Shown here: positions 24,070-38,299 of the stretch, piece by piece | Position numbering within the stretch: position 1 is the stretch's first letter | Layout: every line of letters begins with the position of its first letter | NCBI GenBank assembly: GCA_024137785.1 | Contig: JAHRHZ010000099.1 | Coordinates: 12,485,466-12,549,465, forward strand | Direction of reading: 5' to 3' | Origin: Ginglymostoma cirratum | Lineage: Eukaryota | Length of the DNA stretch: 64,000 nt | Notes under the pieces: generated by a model | Told to the model about the DNA's origin: nothing | What the model saw: only the letters and a program-made list of their open reading frames with translations | Database searches by the model: none | Translations under genes and position numbers: made by a program

Positions 24070-24972
24070 GAGGTGTAGTGGAGACCAGAGAAGATTATCT
24101 CAGAATACAACATGATCTTGATCAGATGGGCCATTGGGCCGAGGAGTGGCGGATGGAGTTTAATTTAGATGAATGTGGGGTGCTGCATTTTGGTAAGGTA
24201 AATCAGGGCAGGACTTATACACTTAATGGTAAGATCCTGGGGAGTGTTGCTGAACAAAGAGACCTTGGAGTGCAGGTTCATAGTTCCTTGAAAGTGGAGT
24301 TGCAGGTGGATAGGATAGTGAAAAAGGTGTTTGCTATGCTTGTCTTTATTGGTCAGTGCATTGAGTATAGGAGCTGGGAGGTCATGTTGTGGCTGTACAG
24401 GACATTGGTTAGGCCACTTTTTGAATACTGCATGCAATTCTGGTCTACCTGCTACCTGAAGCATGTTGTGAAACTTGAAAGGGTTCAAAAAAGATTAACA
24501 AGGATGTTGCCAGGGCTGAAGAGTTTAAGCCAACAGGAGAGGCTGAATAGGCAGGGGCTATTTTCCTTGGATCATCAGAGGCTGAGAGGTGACCTCATAG
24601 AGGTTTATAAAATCATGAGGCTCATGGATACGGTAAATAGACAAGGTCTTTTCCCTGAGGTGGGGGAGTCCAAAACTAGAGGACAAAAGTTTAAGGTGAG
24701 AGGGGAAAGATTTAAGAGGGACCTAAGGGGCAACATTTTCATGCAGAGGGTGATGCATGTATGGACTGTGCTGCCAGACAAAATGGTGGTGGCTGGTACA
24801 ATTACAACATTTAAAAGGCATCTGGATGGGTGTAAGAACAGGAAGGGCTTAGAGGGATATGGGACGAATGCTGGCAAATGGGACTTGATTTACTTTGGAT
24901 ATTTGGTGGGTGCAGACGAGTTGGACCAAATGGTCTGTTTCTGTGCTGGGCATCTCTATGACAATGATTCTA
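24070..24972 (+). mobile_element. CR1/HER1-like LINE, 5'-truncated, ORF2 C-terminus still open
   Basis: ORF 24078..25148: IQHDLDQMGHWAEEWRMEFN...RDLGV...LYRTLVRP.FEYC.QFWS...LERVQ...RLRGDLIEVYKIM. Confidence 0.95.
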
Positions 24973-25549
24973 GACACAACTTACACGCACAAATATCCAT
25001 CATCTTTTCCAAAGTCTCCTGTTCAACTCTTCCTCGAGTGTATGATCTTGGGTGCTCCAGCCTCCATAATGTTGCCTGGATCCTGCCCTGTTTCAACCTC
25101 CTTAACCTTTTCCAGCTCTTTAAGCTCTTCTCTGCTTCCTGGTTGTAGCCAAATTCCATAGACCTAGTCACCTGACAGACAGCCAGCTCCGGGCTGGCTG
25201 CTAAGCTAGTCAACAGAGCCAAAAGTTGCTAATCTGGTCCTGCATTAAATTTGGCAGGATTTTTCAGGAAATGCATCCTACCAGCTTTCCAATGCACACC
25301 CCTATCTCCATCCCTAGCTCTGAGTTAAAAGCCAACCTCTAAAACTGACATTGAAACTTTGAAGAAACATATTGCATCATTAAACAAATATTTTAAAAAT
25401 ACGCTGAGTAAATCATTGCACTCATAAAAACATCTCCTTAATTAGGCATTGAAATATGCAGCAACATCATTCCAATGGAGATAGTGGGCTACTATTGCTG
25501 TTGGGATAGCTGTCATTTCCTGTGTCATTGCAACATACAATGTTTATTT

Positions 25550-26040
25550 GAGATATACCATCGATCATAGCATGTAAGTTGACTACATATACAAAATGAC
25601 CCCAACTTTTGGCACCAAAAATCCTACTTTTGCATACTCTTGGCATATAACACATCTCCACTTTTTTAAGCTTTGAAATGACGAATTCATATTTGAGTTG
25701 ACCTCAATTTTCATCTTTGGAAATGTATGTTTTGCTTACCATGTACTGTAAATTGACATTTGGCATCAGCAGGTAATTAGGGCTGTGCGGCAAGGAAAAC
25801 GTGCTGAAATTTAAGACAAACACACAAAGAAAACTTAAGTGGACCAAATCAAATCATGAGTCTAGTAAATATTTCAGAACCACAATTATTTGATGTTTCC
25901 ACTTCATGGAATAAAAAAGGCTGGTATTGCAACAGAAACTAAGAATACTCAAACACTGCCAAGAGACTTTGATGCCAAAATTGCAGGTTCCAACAGTTAG
26001 CTAACAGAGAGTAGCAAAAGTGTGAGTACTCATTAGGTCA
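25550..26040 (+). mobile_element. Possible degraded pogo/Tc1-type DNA transposon end
   Basis: Repeated (T)AAGTTGAC-like subterminal motifs; weak resemblance only. Confidence 0.25.
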
Positions 26041-26079
26041 CATTGGCAATATGGGTGAAACACGAATGAATTTTGTACT

Positions 26080-26890
26080 GTGGATTGTGATCTGATTACA
26101 GCTGATATTATTACCAGACAAGTTAGATCCAAAACCAAGATCTGGCTTGCTAGTCTATTTTTTTGTCTTTAACGAGATGGTCTTTTACTGAAACACAAAA
26201 TTACCATGTTGAATATTTAGTTTTAACAATAATGCAGAAGTTTATTGCACAAAAGAAGTGAAAAGAAAATTGAATAAATCAAACTATCTATACAAATAAT
26301 GATCATTTAAAAAGTTTTCAAATCAATATGAAATGCAATCCCATTAATCGCAAATTCTTTACTGTACTAACACCAGAGAAGATTCCATTTTCTATCACAA
26401 AGGATAGACTTTAATTCCCAGTCTTGAGGCTGTGACAGCCTCTTCCTTGAGTTTTCATACATTTGAGCCCAGACTTTCTCAGCTGCAAGTAATGCCTTCG
26501 GGTTCTGGTCTGGAACTTTCAAACTAGCTTCTTACACTGAGACAACATATTTCCTAACAGTTTTAAACTCTCCCTCCTTACACATCCAGCGTCAATCAAG
26601 AACCTCTGTAAAACTGAAAAAGAGCTTTCCACTGAACTTTCTACTGAATCCTAATAAATGACACAGTTTATTCTAATTGCATGTAAAATGCACCAAACAT
26701 ACGCAAATTTCAATTCGTCTCCAAGTTCTCCCTCTCCCATATATTTTAAAAAGAAATCACCATAGATAAATACCCGCAAATTTCTATTGAACCCCTTCAT
26801 AGATAGAGACCAAATCTAACTGCCACTAGTTCAAAATACAAACTCTAAAATAAACATTAAAATACATACATAAATCACATAACTTACATT
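26080..26890 (-). mobile_element. Probable solo LTR
   Basis: TG start, CA end, minus-strand AATAAA at ~26241, composition similar to the 30096 LTR; no TSD resolved. Confidence 0.45.
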
Positions 26891-27119
26891 ACAAGTGGTA
26901 AGGTTCAAAAACAGCTCCAGCGAAAATGAGAGGACATGAGAAGAGAGGATTCATGGTTGTAATAGCCTGCATGACCAATAGATGAAATGAAAGCCGATGG
27001 TAATTTTCAAACAGAAAATGATCCCCAGCATCATGTTCCCTCAAAGAGATTTTGTGCATGTCCATGAAAATAATTGAATATAGGATGAAGTGATGTTGCG
27101 ATTTTACACATTGATAAAG

Positions 27120-27431
27120 GGGGCGGCACAGTGGTTCAGTGGTTTGGCACCAGGGACCAGGTTCAATTCCACCCTTGGGCGACTGTCTATTTGGAGTTTG
27201 CGCATTCTCCAAGTGTCTGCGTGGGTTTCCTCCCACAGTTTAAAGGTTAGGTGGATTGGCCATGCTAATTCCCCAACATGTCCAGGGATGTGCAGGCTAG
27301 GTGGATTAGGCTTGGGAATTGTAGGGTTATGGGGCAGTGTGGAGGGCCTGTGTGGGATGCTCTTCCAAGGATCAGTGTAGATTCAGTGGGCCAAATGGCC
27401 TGTTTCCACACTGTAGGAATTCTGTATTATG
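27120..27431 (+). mobile_element. HE1-like V-SINE
   Basis: Colinear with 503-826 with small internal deletions. Confidence 0.88.
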
Positions 27432-30000
27432 AATGTATAGAATAACCATAGGCAATGATTCTGCAAGAATGGAAGAGCCTTAAACATCAGCAGGGCAGAG
27501 GAGAGAGGCAGGAGGAACATAAAGATTACCCAAGATATTTTGCACAGAAACAGGCTATTTGACCCAACCAGTGTTTATGCTCCATGCAAACCTCCTTCCT
27601 TCATTCCCCATCATCTCCATCAACAACACCCTTTATTCCCTGCTCCCTCAAATGCTTATCTAGCTTCTCCTTAAATGTACCTCTACTATTCAATTAGATC
27701 ATAGCTAAGATGATAACATTCAACTCCACTTTCCTGCTTTTGCCCCATTACCTTTGATTCCCTTACTGATTAAAAATCTATCTCAGCCTTCAATGTACTT
27801 AGCAGACCAACTTCTACACCCTTCTGCAATAAAGAGTTAAGAAGCTTCACAAATAATATGTGTATATTATACAGACTTTGTAAACCTTACAAGCCCTTTC
27901 CAGGATAGTGCCAATAAAAGTATCATTTAGAAGCTCTGAAAGAGCTAGTCATGTTGCATTTACACTATATTGTTTAATGGATTAACATTTTTAACATCAA
28001 GAATAGAATAGCCAACAATGTTCAAATCATGCGATTCAAGAACCTTTAAAATTGCAAAATCATTTTAAAATCACATTGTAAATCGGAGAAGTTAACCATG
28101 GCGCAGCAGTTTGTGCTGAACTGGAAACCTATCCTTCAGTAACATGCACTGGCCAATGCCTCAGGAGAAGCAGCAGGCGCTCAACATCCTTCAGTTGGAG
28201 TGGAAACTCAGAGAAAGTCACACAACCTCAGCATGCTGCCACACAGATTCAGACAACATTCTCGTGGTTGTGGATGCCAGTATGGAAAGGAGCATGCAAA
28301 GCCGTCCAGCAATCTGTCATCACGGATTGCTTGAGGTGTCAATGTTCCATTGGAACGGCAGCTATCCAGGGAACTTGAGCCTGCTGCCCTCTCCTGGAAT
28401 GACAGCGTTCATTCCCCTACCACCACCAATCTGCCAGTGTCATTGCTGCAAACCAGCTCAAAATGCTGCTTGCTATGCTTCCTATATGGCCCTGTGAACC
28501 ATTATTTGATATTATATGTAGTGAATCAACTTAACCGCAAGTTGTCTTCTCCAATGGTGGGACATCAGGAGCAGACCGAGATGGAATATCAGCTGGACCC
28601 TTCTGTCTAAGTGTCATTGCAAATGTTTCAGCCTGATCTTTTGGAGTCATCTACTGAGCTCCCCAGTCATTGAGACTGAAAATGTTCTTGAAGTCTCCTC
28701 CTCCTCTTAGAATTTAATTCTCCACCTCAGTTGATGACTAGACATAATAGTCCTGTTATGTTCTATTAACAATAGAACTTTGATATATTGTTGCAGGAAA
28801 AGCTGCAACATTCGATCTTATTACATTCAAACATTAACAGAATGAAGTCTACCAGTGGTAAATTGACAATCCAATTGCCAGTTTGCTAATCAATGAAAAA
28901 TCAGTTCACCTTTGTTACTTTGGGCAGCAGTTGAACCACCAACTGGTACTTTTTAACTGAGGCATCTCAAGTTTTACATAACATTGATATTACTGTGTAT
29001 ATATAAAACTCTATTTGGTAGAAATATGACTGCTTAAAAGATAAACTGGCAAAGCATAAAATGCATTTAAACAAACACATTCTATCCTTAAATGTATGAA
29101 AAAGCTTTACATTATGTAGAATGGAAAATTCCTTTGGCATGAAGAAGCTCATTCCATTGTAATTTTTTTGTTACTTTCAAAACAAGTGAAAAGTATGCTA
29201 TAATTTTCCATACACTCTGCTACATTATTCAGCAGACATTTTCATTCTGTCAATGTTACTGAAAACATTGATTTCATTCATTTCTTTTTTATGAGTACAA
29301 GTATTGAACAGGGACATGAAAATACTTCATCAAAATTAAAACGGTTAGGAAAATTAAATTTTTAGGACCTCTGGAAAAGGCTTCTCCATACTGTTGTACA
29401 TTTTAGTTCTAAAGTGAAAATTGTTTCAAGTTTCGGTAGGTTTCATTCCATTTTTAAAAGTAATATGGTCAAATTAGCTGTCTATTATTTGGATTACTTT
29501 TATCTTTGCTAACGTGCTGTATAGCCTATAAAAGGTTGACACATTCTTGAAAGAAAAGCAGCTTTACAAGGACTATAAAGGGATATGTGAAGTGAAATAA
29601 AACTCCTTCCTGTGCTTTGATATGTGTCATTTTCTTGAAGTGATAGTTCAAGGTGGCTTCACGCACAATGGAAATACTGTTATTGCTAAAGAGTTCAGAA
29701 AGGAGCTGCAGAAGTGTATCCATGCAAGCAATCAAGGACTTGACCCTCATTTGAGAAGCAGACATGAATAATTCTTAACTGGACAGACATGAGCAATGAG
29801 ATTAAGGACTATATCAGCCACTGCATTGCTTGTAAAAATTACCTATCTAGCAGTTTATGACAGGACATCCCAGACAGACCATGTATTAAGCTTGGAGTAG
29901 ACCTTTTCATTCTGGCATGTACCTGTTAACTAGTCAACATGAATGACCATTCTCAAAACTAGGAATCAGACCAGCTATTGTCACTGTATATTAGTAATAG

Positions 30001-30925
30001 TGTAGAACACCTGAGAACTATTGTGGTGCAGCAGCCGTGTCCCTAACTGTGAACTGAGATATCTGGGTTCAAGTCCAACCTGCTCCAATGATGTGTGTTG
30101 TGGACCAGGCCAGACCCTCACAATATATTTTAAGAAGATAGCCTAGACTCTAACATTTTTAAATTTTAAAGGTAGGTGTAAGGTGCTGTGTTCCAGATGT
30201 AGTGCAACTAGTCAAACTATTGGACATTCAGCAAAACACAATTTACTTAAACACTACAGTTAAAATACAGACAAAAGAAAGAAGAATGTACAACAACTTA
30301 ACTATTGGAAAACTTAACTGACTTAAAGGTACAGTACTTTTTAATAATTAACTGTTCCAATATAGTAACATTCCATAAACACACACCCCGACAAAAAGGC
30401 AAATTCAGACACAGATTCTCACATGCAGTTCTCCAATCCAGGATGAAAATAAAGCATCAAGAGAAAATTCAGAGAAAGTAGCAGGTAGGAAATATTCACT
30501 GAAGCTTCCAAATCTTTTGAGAGTCCAAAGGCTTCTTCTTAAAACAAAACCTAAAAACTGAAATAAATTAGAAAATCTGGTCTGTGAGAGTTGGCCATGC
30601 CCCGGATGCTTCAATTGTTCCAAAATCCAAGGCCTCACAAATTGTTTACTTTTTAAGAGACAGCTCAACACCTCTGCCTTCCAACCTCTCTACAACTGAA
30701 AAACTAGGACAAAGTAACCTCTTCAAGTGACAACATCATCACATGTGTGATAACAGATCTGAACAGGCTGATTAGAAAAATAGATTAAATAAAAATTGTA
30801 GAACACCTGAGGGCTCATGTTGTGCAGTAGTAGTGTCCTTACCCCTAAGTGAAGAGGTCTGGGTTCAAGTCCCATCTGCTCCAGAGGTATTTAATAACAT
30901 CTCTGAACAGGTTGATTAGAAAAAG
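30001..30925 (+). mobile_element. Tandem pair of short tRNA-derived SINEs, first copy split by an LTR
   Basis: Both preceded by TGTAGAACACCTGAG (30001, 30797), both contain CTGGGTTCAAGTCC and end TCTGAACAGG.TGATTAGAAAAA. Confidence 0.75.
30096..30743 (-). mobile_element. Solo LTR, 648 bp
   Basis: TG...CA ends with 4-bp TSD TGTG (30092-30095 and 30744-30747); cleanly splits a SINE; orientation inferred. Confidence 0.75.
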
Positions 30926-33029
30926 TCTTGTAAAATACAAGGAGGCAAATGCCAGTCATTGCAACATTCCAGACATAGTAATGAGGGACAATGGCCCTCA
31001 GTTCACACGGGAAAAATTCAAGTATTTAATACAAATTTGGAAATTCAATACCATACATCACCTCCTTACAATCCCCAATCCAATGGAAAGGCTGAGGTGA
31101 CAATGGAAGTCAACAAAAGCACCATGAAGAAATCAAGCAAATGCAGCACAGACTTGTACATAGCAATCATTCAGTGGAGAAATGGATATAGTGAAGGAAT
31201 GGAAAGCAGTCCAGTCTTAAAACTGCTGCCATGCTTCACCTAAACTATTCTTCTCATAACAAGTAAAAATATTGAAGCCAGAGCAGGTATGAGTAACAAA
31301 ATCTACATGAAATAATCGAAAACCAAACTTACTGATAAAATTGTCTACAGCTGAGTCTTGAAAAGGCAGTCAGGATGAAAACATTAAACACTCTCGAAAA
31401 CGTCAGCCCACATAGCAATTTGAAACCTCGATTGAATAATTGTTACCTTGACCAACTGAGGTAAATATAACCTACCAAATATTTCATTGGAACAAAGGCA
31501 TCTCGGTAAACTTGAGAAGTAGTGCCTTGACTGCTGGCAGCTAATCAGGAACATGTGATCTCACCACTGAGTACCGAACAATCAACAGACCCAGGCATCC
31601 ACTGCTGCACAGGGACAGAAATGGATCATTGATCCATTGGCAACAGCACTCACCACTGGAATGGGACTTCCTGGAGAAGAGACGCTACTGAAGGAATGAG
31701 CAGTTAGCAGACGAACATGAAAACACAAAATGAACGTGTATAATTAGGATATTTGCATGATTTAAAGATTATGAATGCCACGAGAATGTAGAGACTGATG
31801 AAAATGGAACTGACTAAAGTTAACACGCAGCTTTATGAATGATTGATATATTTTTGTGAACATATAGGTTGTTAACTTGTGTAACTTGTAACTGCAAATG
31901 ATAGTGAATGCATTTTTTAATGAAAAAATGGGATTTTTGGAGGAATGCAATTGCATTTAGTGCACTGCACTGTACACATAGCCATGTGACTTCTACTTCT
32001 GCTGTAAATACCTTTGTGCACAATCTGTAGGAAGCGTTAATGATATGTCACTTGAAACATGCAACATAGAACATGAAAGTGTTCCATTTATGAGGAGGGA
32101 TGAATGAAAAACAGATTAGTGGGCAAGTATTTGGTAGCAAATTAGAGAAAAATGCCATTGTTAATAGTGTTGCTTTTGTAACAAATAATGTCCTATATTG
32201 GTAAATGGTAAACACCAGGGTCCAAAATAATACTTAGAGTCAAAGTCCATGTGATAGCAACAATAGATGTTAGCACCATGATTCTGAATTATCTGGCCAG
32301 CAAATGGTAAAATATTACCACATTAGATAAATGAAAAGATTTAAAAGGACAATTGTTGAAAGCTGTGTACTGAGAGTGCATTGTTCTATTTTTGATAGTA
32401 AAGCTACTTTAGACTATACAGAACTTAAATTCTGTAAGTACATAATCTCCAAACTTACTTTCAAAAGAAAACCACACTTCACTCCCATTACATATATTAT
32501 TCCAGTCTTCTATTGTTCCAATATAGACCATAGGATTACCTCTGATGATGCACGAGCCTCCTGAGAATAGTTGACCTCAACTTGCAGTTGTCTACAAACC
32601 TGTGCTGACAGCCAGGCTCAATGCAGTTTGAGAATGTCCATCATTTCTTCTGTGAACTGAGCTTCAGTTACAAGTCAGTACACCAGCAGTCCTACAAAAT
32701 GCCTCATTTTGGATTAGAAACAAACCTCTTTTTCCCATAGTTACAAGTTTGTCAGTTCGTGAAGGGAAGTTTCCAACTATTTCCATTGTATTAATTACTA
32801 TGGATCAGGAAACTTATTAATTATACTGGAATGACAAAAATGGCATGCATACCCTTTGCACTAAACAGATGCCATAAATTAACTGTGCATTACAATACAA
32901 AGGAAAGAGAAAATTTGTGTGAATTGATGTCTATCATTTAAATGGTAGCATGAGGCAAAGAAAAATTAAGCTGAGCATTATCAGCCAACACTGATGATTT
33001 GCTGCCATTGCTTGTAGTTACTCCAACCA

Positions 33030-34150
33030 GATCTGTTTTCATGGTTCACCATCCTCATCCATCTTGTGCCATCCTCAAACATCGACTGGAGCATGTCTAC
33101 AACTGCTCTGTAACATCTGTCAACTAACTACACTGAGGTCAACCCTCAAATGCCTGAAATACTGACATCTTCTTTTCTGCAGGGATGTCAGTTCTTTTTA
33201 CACTTGCAATTTCAAGTGCCTCCTCATTTGTCTTATAATTTGTATATAGAAATTGTAGCATGCTCCACACTTCGAAGGTCTTTTCCTTCAACAGATTTTT
33301 ACATATTGTCCACACAATTCTGAGATATACAGAAAAGTGGATACAATGCAGCAACTTGTGAGCTTTCCTTTGTTAATTTACAAACTTGAATTTTCTTGTT
33401 AATACATCCTCCATCTTCACAAAATTACTCCTGGTTATCCCTATCCTTCTGATTTCTGCATCACATCAGTCATTTTTTAGTATTATTTGTCTTAAGTAGA
33501 CCAGATAACCCAATTGTTCTGTGGGACACTGTCCACTTCAATCTTCACTCTTGTTTCTTACAACATACTTCCTCTAACTACAATGTTTTGGGTAAATATT
33601 GATGGCATCAATCTCACTTACACATTGAAGACTTCTCTCATTCAGAAGTATGTTTCTTCTGAATCATTTTTAAGTGAAGTGTGTTACAAATAACAATGTA
33701 CATACTGTAACACAATTTAGAGCCATTTTATATTCTGTAATACCTGGTACAGATTGCAGTGGAGAAAACATCATCAATCTTCCTACTGTAAACCTTTCCC
33801 GTTGTACCCACAATCAGGTCTTGTAAATACAACTGTATTTCTTTCCTACAATTAAACATTAGTCACATATTCAGCCCATTGATATTTACATATAAGAATG
33901 CTACATGAAATAACTTTCATTGGGAATTTATGTTAAGCAATTTCACTGTAATGATCAGAATTGTTTCTTGTTGGTAATTTTGAAACGAATCTCCCCTATT
34001 TTGTCTTATTGATTATACTCCTTCATTTAGATTAAGACAGGCTAATAGATTATCTCTCAGCAAAAATCTATCAATGCTGTTTTTTCCCCCAATCTCTTTT
34101 ATAATCACATGGAGTAGACAATGTCATTTAAGCATCTGTACTACACGAGA
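33030..34150 (-). mobile_element. Ancient RTE-clade LINE remnant
   Basis: Minus strand CDAEIRRIGITRSNFVKM and WTI...FEVW...TNEEALEIA.VKR match the RTE RT C-terminal pattern. Confidence 0.65.
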
Positions 34151-34239
34151 TTCCTGGACCCCTCTTCCACTTCCTGTGACTGACTGATTCTTTTAGATGT
34201 ATATTCGTATGCCTCTTGTGCAAACTATAATATCACAAT

Positions 34240-34810
34240 ACATTTTGCTTGGAACTTGGGAACAGTCATTTGGCCCAAATGATCTATAATGGCATTCATG
34301 CTTCAGACAACCTTCCTCAAATTCTTCTGTTTCTAACCCTATCGTTGAATCCTTTTATTTCTTTTCTCCTCATATGTTTATCCAACTACCTCTTAAATGC
34401 ATCTAGTTATTTACATCAATTATTCCTATTGGCAGTGAGTTCCACTTTTTGAGATTTCACCTGAGTTCCATTTGGATTTATAAGTGACTATCCTACATTT
34501 ATGGCCACGTACATCAGAATTCCCCACACGTGGATCCATTTTCTCTACATCTACCCCATTGAACATTTTCACTATCTTAAAAACTTCAAACAAATTACCC
34601 ATTAGTCTCCCCTCTTAAAATCCGAGCAAGTTCAGCCTTTCCTGATAGATACATCCTTTCAGTTCTGGTGTCATCCATGTTCATTTTTTTTGTGCCTTCT
34701 CTAAATTTCTGGTATCCTTTCTTTTATAATATGGAGATCAAATTTATTTACAGTATTCTAGCTATGGACTAACCAAAGTTTTATAACTTAACATCTCAGC
34801 TTTTCAATGT
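34240..34810 (-). mobile_element. Old CR1 LINE fragment
   Basis: Degenerate match to 6195-6712. Confidence 0.5.
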
Positions 34811-35289
34811 TATCTGCCCAGAAATGAGCCTTTTGTCTTTTACCTCATTCAAAGTTATTATTCAAGAAGTATGTGACCTCTGCAAACTCCATAAGACAGG
34901 TATCATAAAGTAGCCCAAAGATTGCAATGCTGATTTTATATGTTCTATGGTATTTCTAGATTTCAAAATTCTTCATGGCATCTGTAAATTCCTTATCAAT
35001 GTTACCATCTTGATTCAGAGCAAATATGTGTGTCTTTCCATTTATTTTCTCTCTTAAACAGTTAAACTACATCATTAAAGAAAAGGTGGGATCTTGTTGT
35101 GCAAAGAAAATGACTGCTGTGTTTCCTTACATAACCATAAGGGCAACAAGTAAAGTGCTTTCAGGCATCCATAAGGTATGCTAATGGGTAATGTATGTAA
35201 ATGCAATTCATGTTGTTTGTTCTTGCCTTCTACTCAAGGATTGACACAGAAATCAACGCATGAATCCACCTTACCAGCTTATGCGTCCT

Positions 35290-36150
35290 GGGGTTTAACC
35301 AATAACCAGAAGTTGAGCTGGATTCACCATATAAATACAATGGCTACAAGAGCAGAACAAGGGAATAACACAACTAGTGACTCATCTCCTGACTCCCCAA
35401 AGCCTGTCACCATCTACAAGACACAATTCAAGATTGTGATGGAATACTAGCAGATAGCAAGAACTGCAGATGCTGGAGTCAGAGTCGATATAGTGTGGAG
35501 CTGGAGGAATACAGCAGGTCAGGCAGCATCAGAGGAGCAGGAAAGTCAATGTTTCAGGGCAGGACCCTCCATCAGAACTAGGGAGGGGGAAGGGAGCTCG
35601 GTAATAAATAGAGGGAGGGACTGGGGCTGGCTGAAAATTGGTGGAGTGGTGATAGGTGGATGCAGGTAGGGGATTGTGGAGATTGGTCAATGGATGAGTG
35701 CAGCTCCAACAACATTCAAGATGCTTGAAACGATCTGGAACAAAGCAGCCTGCTTCACTGGTACTACATCCACAAACATCCACCCCCGCTACTACTGACA
35801 CTCAGCAGCCCCACTGTGTATCATCTACAAGCAGCACTGCAGAAATTCACCAAAGATAAGCACCTACCAAACAGCCACCATATGGAAGGAAGAGGACAGA
35901 ACATATATGGGAAGTATATCGTCGGCAAGTTCCCGTCTAAGCGATCCATTATCCTGACTTGGAAATATGTTGCTGTTTCCGAGGGAATTTCCTCCCTAAT
36001 GGCATTGTGGGTCTCCCTACAGCACATTGATTGTAGAAGTTCAAGAAGTAAGCTCATCACCAATCTTCTCACGAACAGTGAGTGTGAGGCAATAAATGCT
36101 GGCCCAGCCAATGATGCCTGCATCCCACAAATAAATGAGATAAAGAGAAC
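35290..36150 (+). mobile_element. Second-family CR1-group LINE 3' fragment, interrupted at 35452-35690
   Basis: Homologous to 18410-18815; tail GCAATAAATGCTGGCCCAGCCAATGATGCC. Confidence 0.8.
35452..35690 (-). mobile_element. PLE family A-related terminal fragment with decayed hammerhead
   Basis: Homologous to 47752-47970 and 56240-56430. Confidence 0.82.
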
Positions 36151-37944
36151 AATGCAAGTATTCTGACATAAGATCCTGGGCATTAAACTAAGAGACAGCA
36201 TCCCCAACAAGGAAGCACCACAAAGCTAGAGGCCCCTGTAGGACATGTGGGTTAGTAAGGTGCCTAATGCTTTCTGGATACTTCCTTTGACTCATGAGCA
36301 TACACCCCATCAGAATGGCAATAGAATGGACATGACTAAATAAAAGAAGGGAGTACCTGCCAAGGAAGACTTGGTGAATTGCATTTAAGAAGGACCTTTG
36401 AGAGCAGGAGACCAACTGGGCTTGAGGAAAAGAGATTACTATATACAGGAGCTTCTGGTGGTATTTTGCTGCCCATTATCCTGCAATGAACCAGAGGCAC
36501 TACCTCAAACATTCATGCTTATAAAAAGCAAAACACATAGCACCTGCTGATTGAACAGACAAATAATAGTCATGAACAGATGGCACTAAGTTGGCATGAT
36601 GCCTCCATTGCATTTGACCAGTACGGACTAAACACACATCAGAATTCCTGAACTCATTTTCAGGTTTCCAATTTCTCTTTCTAAGCATGAAATTAATGCC
36701 CTTGTGCTTCTGCATCTAGTTGCATCAGAAGGCAGTTTCAATAGGACGAAACTCCCTCATGAATGTAACAAAGACTGAGAGGTAATTTACAGTCAACCCA
36801 ATAGCATTCTTGGCTCCTTGCTCCTGCTAAGGAGCTGCTCCCGTTCCTGATGTTTGATTCCTAAAAATGGAGTCATTGGATATCCTTAAGATGGCGATAG
36901 ACAGGATATTGTTACGAGGGAATTATTTGGGAATGTGCAATTTAAAACACAAGCAGATCAGTCATGCTCTTATTGAATGGTGGAGCTGGCTCAAGGATCA
37001 TTGATGTTTGAAAGCCAGTTACCTGATAGGATCTATACTGTCAAGTAAAGAAAAGGCAAGGCAAGACTCTCACCTACAAGAAGATACCTAGCTACAAGCT
37101 TTGAGCCCTATCTGCTGTATGGTGACATTCCTGCAAACAAATAAAGAATTGCTTTTGAAATAGCAGCTCAGTTAAGAATAAAACTGCTATAAGTTGCAGC
37201 TGGTAACAGTTGGACAAGCACAACAGCTGAAGCTTGTGAACTGACGTTTTTTTGGGCTTAGTCATAACCAAATGTACCTGGCTGTATTTTTAATCTGTAA
37301 TTACGTGCATGGATTTTGAGTGCATGTGCTGTGTTTTGGGACTTCTACGAACTGTTTAATGTTTATATCCAGCTCAGTTTCAGAACAATAAACTTGATCA
37401 ATAAACTTTTTATAAAACTTAAGAAATCATGTCTGGCTTATTCTTAACAAGGAGTGCATATGAAAAATTAAATACATACCCTAGATTGATAAGTCCATCT
37501 TTTAAATTTCCAACATATCCATTGTAATCAAACAAGGGAAACCGTGGAAACGATCCTCATTTGATTGTAACAATATCCACAAAACGTACATCAAATCTAA
37601 TCCTTCACATCAGTCTACTCTCAATGGGCTGCAAAATGATGGAAACTCATTGTTCCTTGCAGAGTAGGTCAAGCAGCACTAATCAGTAACAACCAGAAAC
37701 ACAGTGTGGGTTTCGCTAGGACTTTCACCTCCAGCCCTTACAAGCTTGACCCAAACAGGGACATAAAGGCTAATCTCAAGAGATGAGATCAATTTAAGAT
37801 GCTCTTGACATCAAGGCAGTATTTTGCTGACTGTGACATCAAAGATCACTAGCAAATTTGAAGGCAACGGGGATTGAGAAGATCTCATAATTCGTTAGAG
37901 TCACACCCATGTAGGTGGTTGTGATTATTGTTTGATTTTCCTTT

Positions 37945-38287
37945 ATTCATTCATGGGATGACAGCATAATTGATCAGGCAGCATTCATTGCCCATCCCTA
38001 ATTTCCCAGGAGGCAGTTTAGAGTCAACGACATTGGGGTGGGTCTAGAGTCACATGTAGGCCAGACCAGGTAAGGATGCCAGTTATTAGTGAACCAGACG
38101 GGTTTTTCCCCCAACAAATGACAATGGGTTCATGGTCAACACTAGATTCTTAATTCCAGGTATTTTTATCGAATTCAAATTCCACCATCTGCAGTGGCAG
38201 GATTCGAAATTGGGTCCCTAGAACATTATCTGGGTCTCTGGATTAACAGTCCAGCGATAATACCACTAGGTCATTGCCTTCCCCTAT
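37945..38287 (-). mobile_element. tRNA-derived SINE sharing its 3' tail with the second LINE family
   Basis: Minus-strand head GGGGAAGGCAATGACCTAGTGGT with TTCGAATCC box B; tail TTAGGGATGGGCAAT; second copy at 63275-63626. Confidence 0.8.
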
Positions 38288-38299
38288 TGTTGATAAGGA

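Larger units (their letters stand above)
29700..31450 (+). mobile_element. Degraded Gypsy LTR retrotransposon integrase region carrying nested inserts
   Basis: MSNEIKDYISHCIAC (Zn finger), IPDRP..KLGVDLF, IPDIVMRDNGPQF, SPPYNPQSNGKAE. Confidence 0.85.

Noticed and set aside
24078-25148. 356-aa ORF, the longest in the window, as a host or domesticated gene
   Set aside because: It is the C-terminal part of CR1 ORF2 reading through into flank, starts at a GTG and lacks the RT catalytic core
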